Assembly (NCBI GenBank): GCA_003971905.1
Contig: RSEE01000171.1
Location: forward strand, 1 to 55,478
Length of the DNA stretch: 55,478 nt
Source of the DNA: Moniliella sp. 'wahieum'
Taxonomy: Eukaryota
Direction of reading: 5' to 3'
Shown here piece after piece: positions 50,201 through 55,478 of this stretch. The translations under genes were made by a program, and so were the position numbers. Below the pieces are notes generated by a model. That model saw only the letters and a list, made by a program, of their open reading frames with translations. It searched no databases and was not told the DNA's origin. The first letter of the stretch is position 1, and the number at the start of each line of letters is the position of its first letter.

Positions 50201-50892
50201 ATGGGGTACCAGCCCGTTACAGCGTCAAGCTACGATACGTTCCATCGGATTGCGCGAAACGTGGGACCCAACGGCTATGGAGGTGTCGACGTCTACGTCA
50301 ATGGCTATGTCTATGGACCAAGAACCAGGGTCCCCTGCTTCCTCCCCGTTTCCCCTCCCCCGCTTCCCATGTCGCTGCCGCGGGGGGATCGTAAGGACCA
50401 GTGCGTCGCACAGCGTACGAGACGGTTCCACTCCTACTCCCACGCGCACTTCCGTCTCCTCTCCGTCCTCCCCCTCCCCCCGCGGGAGCCGGACAAGCGC
50501 AAGCGCAAGCGCAAGGACAAAGGGACGTCCAAGTGCGGCAAGACAACCCGTTTGCCGAACACACAGCGATCGTGACCACGGGCCAATCTGTGCAATCGCA
50601 ACGTGCTTCAGTCGCGACGGGCGCAACGGTGTGACCTGGTCGCTCACTTCATCTTCTACGACTGAGCAACTTGTGTTCCCCGCGCGCTCCTGGCCTCGCA
50701 CCCATCCCTTCCTCCCCTCTGTCGGGCTTAACCTCCCGCGCAAGCCAAAGCCACTACTCGATCACTCATCACCCGGACGCAGCTAGTGTGCTTACTGAGT
50801 CGCAGCGGATCCAAGCTGCCTACCAAGCTCAGGACGAGTACCTTGCGAGTATACGAGACCGTGCACGAGACCGGGAACTAGAACGAGTATAG
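47266..50892 (+). CDS. MSB2: Msb2/Hkr1-type signalling mucin (many frameshifts; 3' end uncertain, may extend to ~51150)
   Basis: Signal peptide MRLHRRLLALPLALTLTLTLTLALALA and a long S/T-rich region with tandem repeats. HMH-like domain PINTTSISLLFNQSVMWSDV..QLFSFMP..YEAYIP..QLASFI. Single TM DALIGVFVPLVVLLAGALGACYY followed by KRKR. Tail includes TIRSIGLRETW. Confidence 0.8.
48109..48228 (+). repeat. Coding minisatellite, 10 x 12 bp, encoding TDT(W/S)
   Basis: Ten tandem acggatacctgg-type units. Confidence 0.95.
48497..48729 (+). repeat. Coding minisatellite, ~10 x 21-24 bp, encoding TPSS(S)xEW
   Basis: Tandem acgccaagttcgagcttggagtgg-type units. Confidence 0.92.
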
Positions 50893-53411
50893 AGCCGCAC
50901 GTGGGTACGACGGATCGCCGCGCGTCAGAACGGTCTAGTTCCGACCCATTTGCTGATCGTCACTCGCGTCGTTGTCCCTCTCCCACTCGTTGCCCGACGC
51001 GCTAGGCTGCCGAGGCCCCCGCCCTCCGTCGCCCATGGGTTGGCGGGTACAATGCTAACCCGTTTTACTCCACTGGGAGCGTACTAAAGCTTAAAAGGCG
51101 ACTAAGGCCGGGCTAAGACTTCACGTCGAATCCCCCACCCCCCCCATCCCAATTCCCAATTTTGGACTGTCTATCGTCACCCCACCCCGCCCCGAACCGC
51201 CCGTACACGTATGGTATGGTACAACGATCGGAACGTGCGCGTGCTGGTTTTGCTGGTCAGCCACACGCGGTACCTTGGTCTTTCTTGTTTCTTTCCTTTC
51301 CTTTCCTTTCTTTTCTTTTCCTTTCTTTTCTTCCTTTTTTTGGTTGTCGTTTGGTTCTGTTGGGTTTTAGCCGGCGCTGGGCGCTACACGCTGGGCGTTG
51401 TTTGACTGGAAACGGGCTTGCTTTCGCGTCACGGATCGGTCCCCCCCCCTCTCCTCCCAGCCCTCCTCCATTTTCCTTTCTCCTTCCCTTCCCTTCTCCT
51501 TCCCTTCCCCTTCTCCTTCCCCTTATCCTTATTCTTATTATTATCCTTCCTCTTTATGCCCGTGCTCGAACCCCTTAACCAACTCTCCCCACTGCATTTT
51601 ATTGTCCTTTCCCACCCCGCTCTGGCGCCTTGCACTTTGAGTCTTGAGTCTTGAGTCTTGAGTCTTGAGTTTTGAGCCTTGAGTCTCTTATGCTGCCTGG
51701 CTGCACCGCGATGTTATCCTACTCTTTCTTCATTCTACATTCTTCGTTCTTGGTATTTGTTGCTTAGAGGTACCGGATGACGGGGTTGGGATATGGCTGA
51801 GGTACTGGTACCTGGTACCTCTGGTCCGCGGGGTGCTTCCTCCTTGCTTTTGCTCAGTCGTGGATCGATTCTACGTTCTACCTTACCCTCTCGTGAGACG
51901 ATGATCGTCCGGAACCTGTGCCTGTGCCAACTCCTCAGCCCACTCCTCAGCCAACTCCTGTGAGGAGTTGGGAAGGTGGGGGGGATAGCTTGCTTCGTCC
52001 CCAGCTTTGATTCGTAACTTAACTGTCCAAACGCCTAATTGCCTAAATGCCTAAATGCCTAAATGCCTAAATGCAGAAATGGTTTGCCTTCAATGTTACC
52101 TTCTAATATAATGTCTGTCTTTCATCGCTTTCCCAACCCCCCCGCGCTCCCTTTGCTCTTCCTTCCTCCCTTTCGTCCCTCGCTTTCCCTCCCTTGCCCT
52201 CATTGCCCGGGATTTTCACCCCTCCCCCCTACTCGTGATTCGGGAAGAACGAGCGGTACCGTCGTACACTTTATTTCGCACGTCACGCCCACCTTTTACG
52301 TTTTTTTAATTGTTTTCTGCCTCTTCTCGCCCCCCCCCTGGTCTTCCTGCATTTTGCCGTGTAGCCCCTCGCCCTACGCTTTCCTTTCTTTCTAGAGGCT
52401 GGAAATAAAGTGGAGAGGGGAAGGGGAGAAGGGGAAGGGGGGAAGGGCTCTGTTCATTGGATCCCTTTGTTTTGCTTGAATTTTGCTGCTCAGTTCAGCG
52501 TACTACTTACGTAGTGCATGGTAAGTGGGAAGTGGTGAATGGGGAGTTGGGAGTGGGGTGTACGTTGGAACGAAGGAGATGGTAGACGTCGCTCGGGTGA
52601 CTGGGGTACACAGCTAGTTGGGTGTACCTCTGTACTACTAGTAGCGTTGACAGTATTGGGCTTATATTAGCTTGGTGGTGCGGCAGAGTACTTCAGTCCC
52701 GTACGTGTCCCCCGTGTCCCATGTCCCACCAATGTCCCACCAATGTCCCACCAATGTCCCACCCGCTTCTCCCAGGCCGTTCCACCACCCCACTATCATT
52801 ATAGGCTGCATACCCTCCTACCCTCCAGCCGCTCCACGTCTCCCTTGCCACACGACCCAACGGAGGCCGAAGCGAACCAACCAATCAAAATGCATCAACG
52901 CCAAAACGAGTGACGATGGTCGGGGGGGCAAAACAGGCAACAAAGGCAACAAGAAGGCAAAACAAGGCAAACGAGGCAAACCGAAACTCCAAGGCAACCG
53001 ACGGGACCAAGGGCGGGGAAAGGTATATATCGATGCCAGGGGGGTCACCACCACACAAGTGGACACAGCTTCCACTCAGTACTCAAGCTTCAACCTTCAA
53101 GCTTCAACACCATCCCAACCCTACTCCCAGTCCTAATCCCAGTCCCAGTCTCAATCTGGATTCTACTCAAAGTCGCACTCCTGAGCACGCCCAACCCAAC
53201 GCAGGAGACAAACCCCAAAGGGGGATACCCAAAGGGGGATAAAAGCGCGCGGGGGTGAACAAGATGAGAGTCAAGCACCCGTCGGGAAAAGGGAGAGTTA
53301 TAGACGTAGGGGAAGGGGGGTGTAGACTGATGAGTACCGAGTACTGAGTACTGAGTACTGAGCCTCGAAACTCAAGTAGACTGGCAAGTCGTCCCTCGAA
53401 AAACCAAACGC

Positions 53412-54300
53412 TTAATTCTTGCTGCGCAAAAAGTGGGAAAAGCGACTACCCTTGGGCGGCGGAGCATACGCCGGCGGAGGCGCCGCTTCCTCGCCCCCCG
53501 CGCCAGAGGGGGGCCGCAGCCGCACCCGCACCCGCACTCGCTTGACCCGCACCGGTACTGGTGCCAGACGAGCTGGGCGGGACAGGAGGTGCGGTAGGGG
53601 GAACAGGTAACGAGGGGTGAGCAGCAGGGGGCAAAGGGAGAGCCGGTGCACCCGTCCCCGTCCCTGCGACGGTTGTGGCAGTTGCTGCGGTTGCGGCCCC
53701 ACCAGGCGTAGGGGGGAGCGGGGTACTACTGCTTCTAGCCCCTGCCACAGGAGGTTGCGGGAGAGGCGCGACAGCAGGTTCAGGCCGGTCCGTAGGCGGA
53801 ACAAGGTGCGCGTCCGAAGGCTGGGTCAGCTGCGGTAGGTGGTCGTACAGTTGATCGTACCCTGGCACAGGGGGTGCCAGTGCATCTTCCGGCACGGAGG
53901 CAGGGTAGACCGAAGGAGCGTACCCAGCTGCACTTGGTGCGTAGCCTGTTCCGCCTGGCGCGTACCCCGAAGTAGGTGCAGACATGAGCGAAGGAGGGTA
54001 CGCTGTGCCCATGCCAGCGGAGCTGCCGGTGGTCGTGCGTGAGATAGGACCCGAGGCAGGGAACGTGCCTGGTGGAGGGGTGGGCAAGGACGCGTATGCA
54101 GCTACGTGCGCCAAGCTCGTTCGGCCCATAAGAGAAGGGTCAGGAGACGCAACGCGGTACATGCTCGGCGGGCCGGTGGACAGTGGCGTAGCACGCGACG
54201 CAGCGAGTAAAGATGCAGTGGCCGAATCGGGTGGGGAAAGCATTCCTGCCCCCGCGCCCGTGGGTACAGCCACCACCGAGGACCCTGACACACTCGATTC
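53412..54300 (-). CDS. Pro/Ala/Ser-rich protein segment with a C-terminal PPxY motif; N-terminus missing or uncertain
   Basis: Long open frame containing GYAPGGTGYAPSAAGYAPSVYP and PVPGYDQLY. After a frameshift at ~53512 it continues EEAAPPPAYAPPPKGSRFSHFLRSKN*. The first in-frame ATG is at 54243. Confidence 0.55.
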
Positions 54301-54407
54301 GCATGGCACCCCCAAGTAATAAGACCTACTCGGTATATTGAGCTTATGGCCCTTCACATTTCATTGTCACTTCCTTGGGCCATGCGGGTTTTGAGCTCAG
54401 CTCAAGT

Positions 54408-55322
54408 TCAAGCTTCAGCCTCCCCCTCGGTCGGGTGGGTCCCAGCAAGAGGCGGGAAGTCATGAACGCGCGAGTCGAACTCGACGCGGATCGAACGGTC
54501 CCCTAGGGTGAACAGGTGGAACTTCTCTTGCGCCTTGATCGCGTCGTCGATCGTGCTGAACTGGACGAGTCCTTGGCCCTTGCTCCGCGTGCCCTTGTAC
54601 AGCACGGTGGCTCCCGTCAACGGTCCCGCCTTGCCAAACAGCTCGGCCAACTGCTCCGTCGTCGTCGACCAAGGAAGGTTAAACACCGCCAGTTGACGTG
54701 TCTTCTCCACATTGGCCTGGGCCTCAGAAGGCGACTCAAAGTCAACCTGGAGGGTCTGATCGTGGAACTGAATGCCGTTCAGGGCAGCCTGGACCGCCTT
54801 CGCCGCCGCTTCATCCTGCATTACCACATTCCCTTCGCGCGTGGCCCTGTTAACCTCCGCCCTGAGCGGGGGATACTCTTCTGGCGCACGAAATCCTTGA
54901 GATCTTGCCAGCGCACCCCAGCTGGAACCTGTACGGAGGAAAATGAGGGTCAACCCTTGCCCACGGTCTTCATGCAGCAGTACACAGCACAGAGGGACAA
55001 CGTACATTCCGCACCAGTAGCGTAACGCCTGCCGTATACTCACCATGGGGATCGCTCGGCACGCGATCTTCACGGACAAACGCCAAGCGGCCCTGAAGTT
55101 CGCAGTCATGCAACTCTTGGAGCGCTCTTTGGGCCTCCTCGGCCGTCGCATACTCCACTAGCGCGCATCCCGCACTGCGGCCGCTGCTCCGCACAAAGAT
55201 TTTGGCCGAACGCACCGTCCCTACCTGGGCCATGAATTCGACCAAGGCGGGGGTCTCAAGGGTGTAGGGCAGGTTGCCCACGTAGACACGTTTCTCTCCT
55301 GGCTACCCGGGCGCGCCACCAT
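54408..55322 (-). CDS. Gbp2/Hrb1-like three-RRM RNA-binding protein
   Basis: RRM1 RVYVGNLPY..GRSAGCALVEY..GRLAFVREDR. RRM2 with RWQDLKD. RRM3 QLAVFNLPWSTT..RSKGQGLVQF. Intron 54929-55005. Frameshifts at ~55293 and ~54870. Confidence 0.88.
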
Positions 55323-55478
55323 GGTGGGTTGTCCGTCAGAATCACCAGAGACGCTGGGCTGCGAGTCCTCCGCGACGCTGCCCCCTCTACAGACGAAGGG
55401 AAAACGAAGTGGTGAAGAGGAGACGGAAGCAGGGAGAACGACCGCTGCTTCATAGGCTCGGGAGACGGTAGGCCCGAC

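Noticed and set aside
1..55478. tRNA, rRNA or snoRNA genes
   Set aside because: I recognised no cloverleaf, rRNA or convincing C/D-box structure by eye. An Infernal or tRNAscan-SE search would be needed to exclude them.

Overview
Eukaryotic DNA with spliceosomal introns, most likely from a basidiomycete fungus. A smut-lineage (Ustilaginomycotina) origin is my inference from the Msb2, Rrn5 and Xpt1 architecture. In order, the window holds: a possible Ty3/gypsy remnant; a 7-exon amino-acid permease; a 1.69-kb tandem duplication carrying a truncated Pro-rich/acidic protein; an AIF/AMID-like oxidoreductase; a YqjM-type old yellow enzyme; mitochondrial uS17 head-to-head with an Rrn5-like Pol I factor; a TPT/nucleotide-sugar transporter; an ~4.58-kb tandem array of oligopeptide transporter (OPT) genes (one full-length mosaic copy, two 3'-truncated copies) whose edge lies in a probable CRE-type non-LTR endonuclease remnant; RNR2 with a dense MCB/CGCG promoter; a Stealth/Xpt1 phosphotransferase; an Msb2-like signalling mucin; a headless PPxY protein; and a Gbp2-like 3-RRM protein. 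Many genes carry 1-2 bp frameshifts, mostly in homopolymers. This points to an unpolished long-read assembly, so the duplications may be partly artefactual. I could not establish a new multi-gene system. The best leads are the mosaic OPT array, the recurring (GTCACAT)n promoter arrays and related 7-bp palindromic microsatellites, and the PxIxIT-repeat protein.
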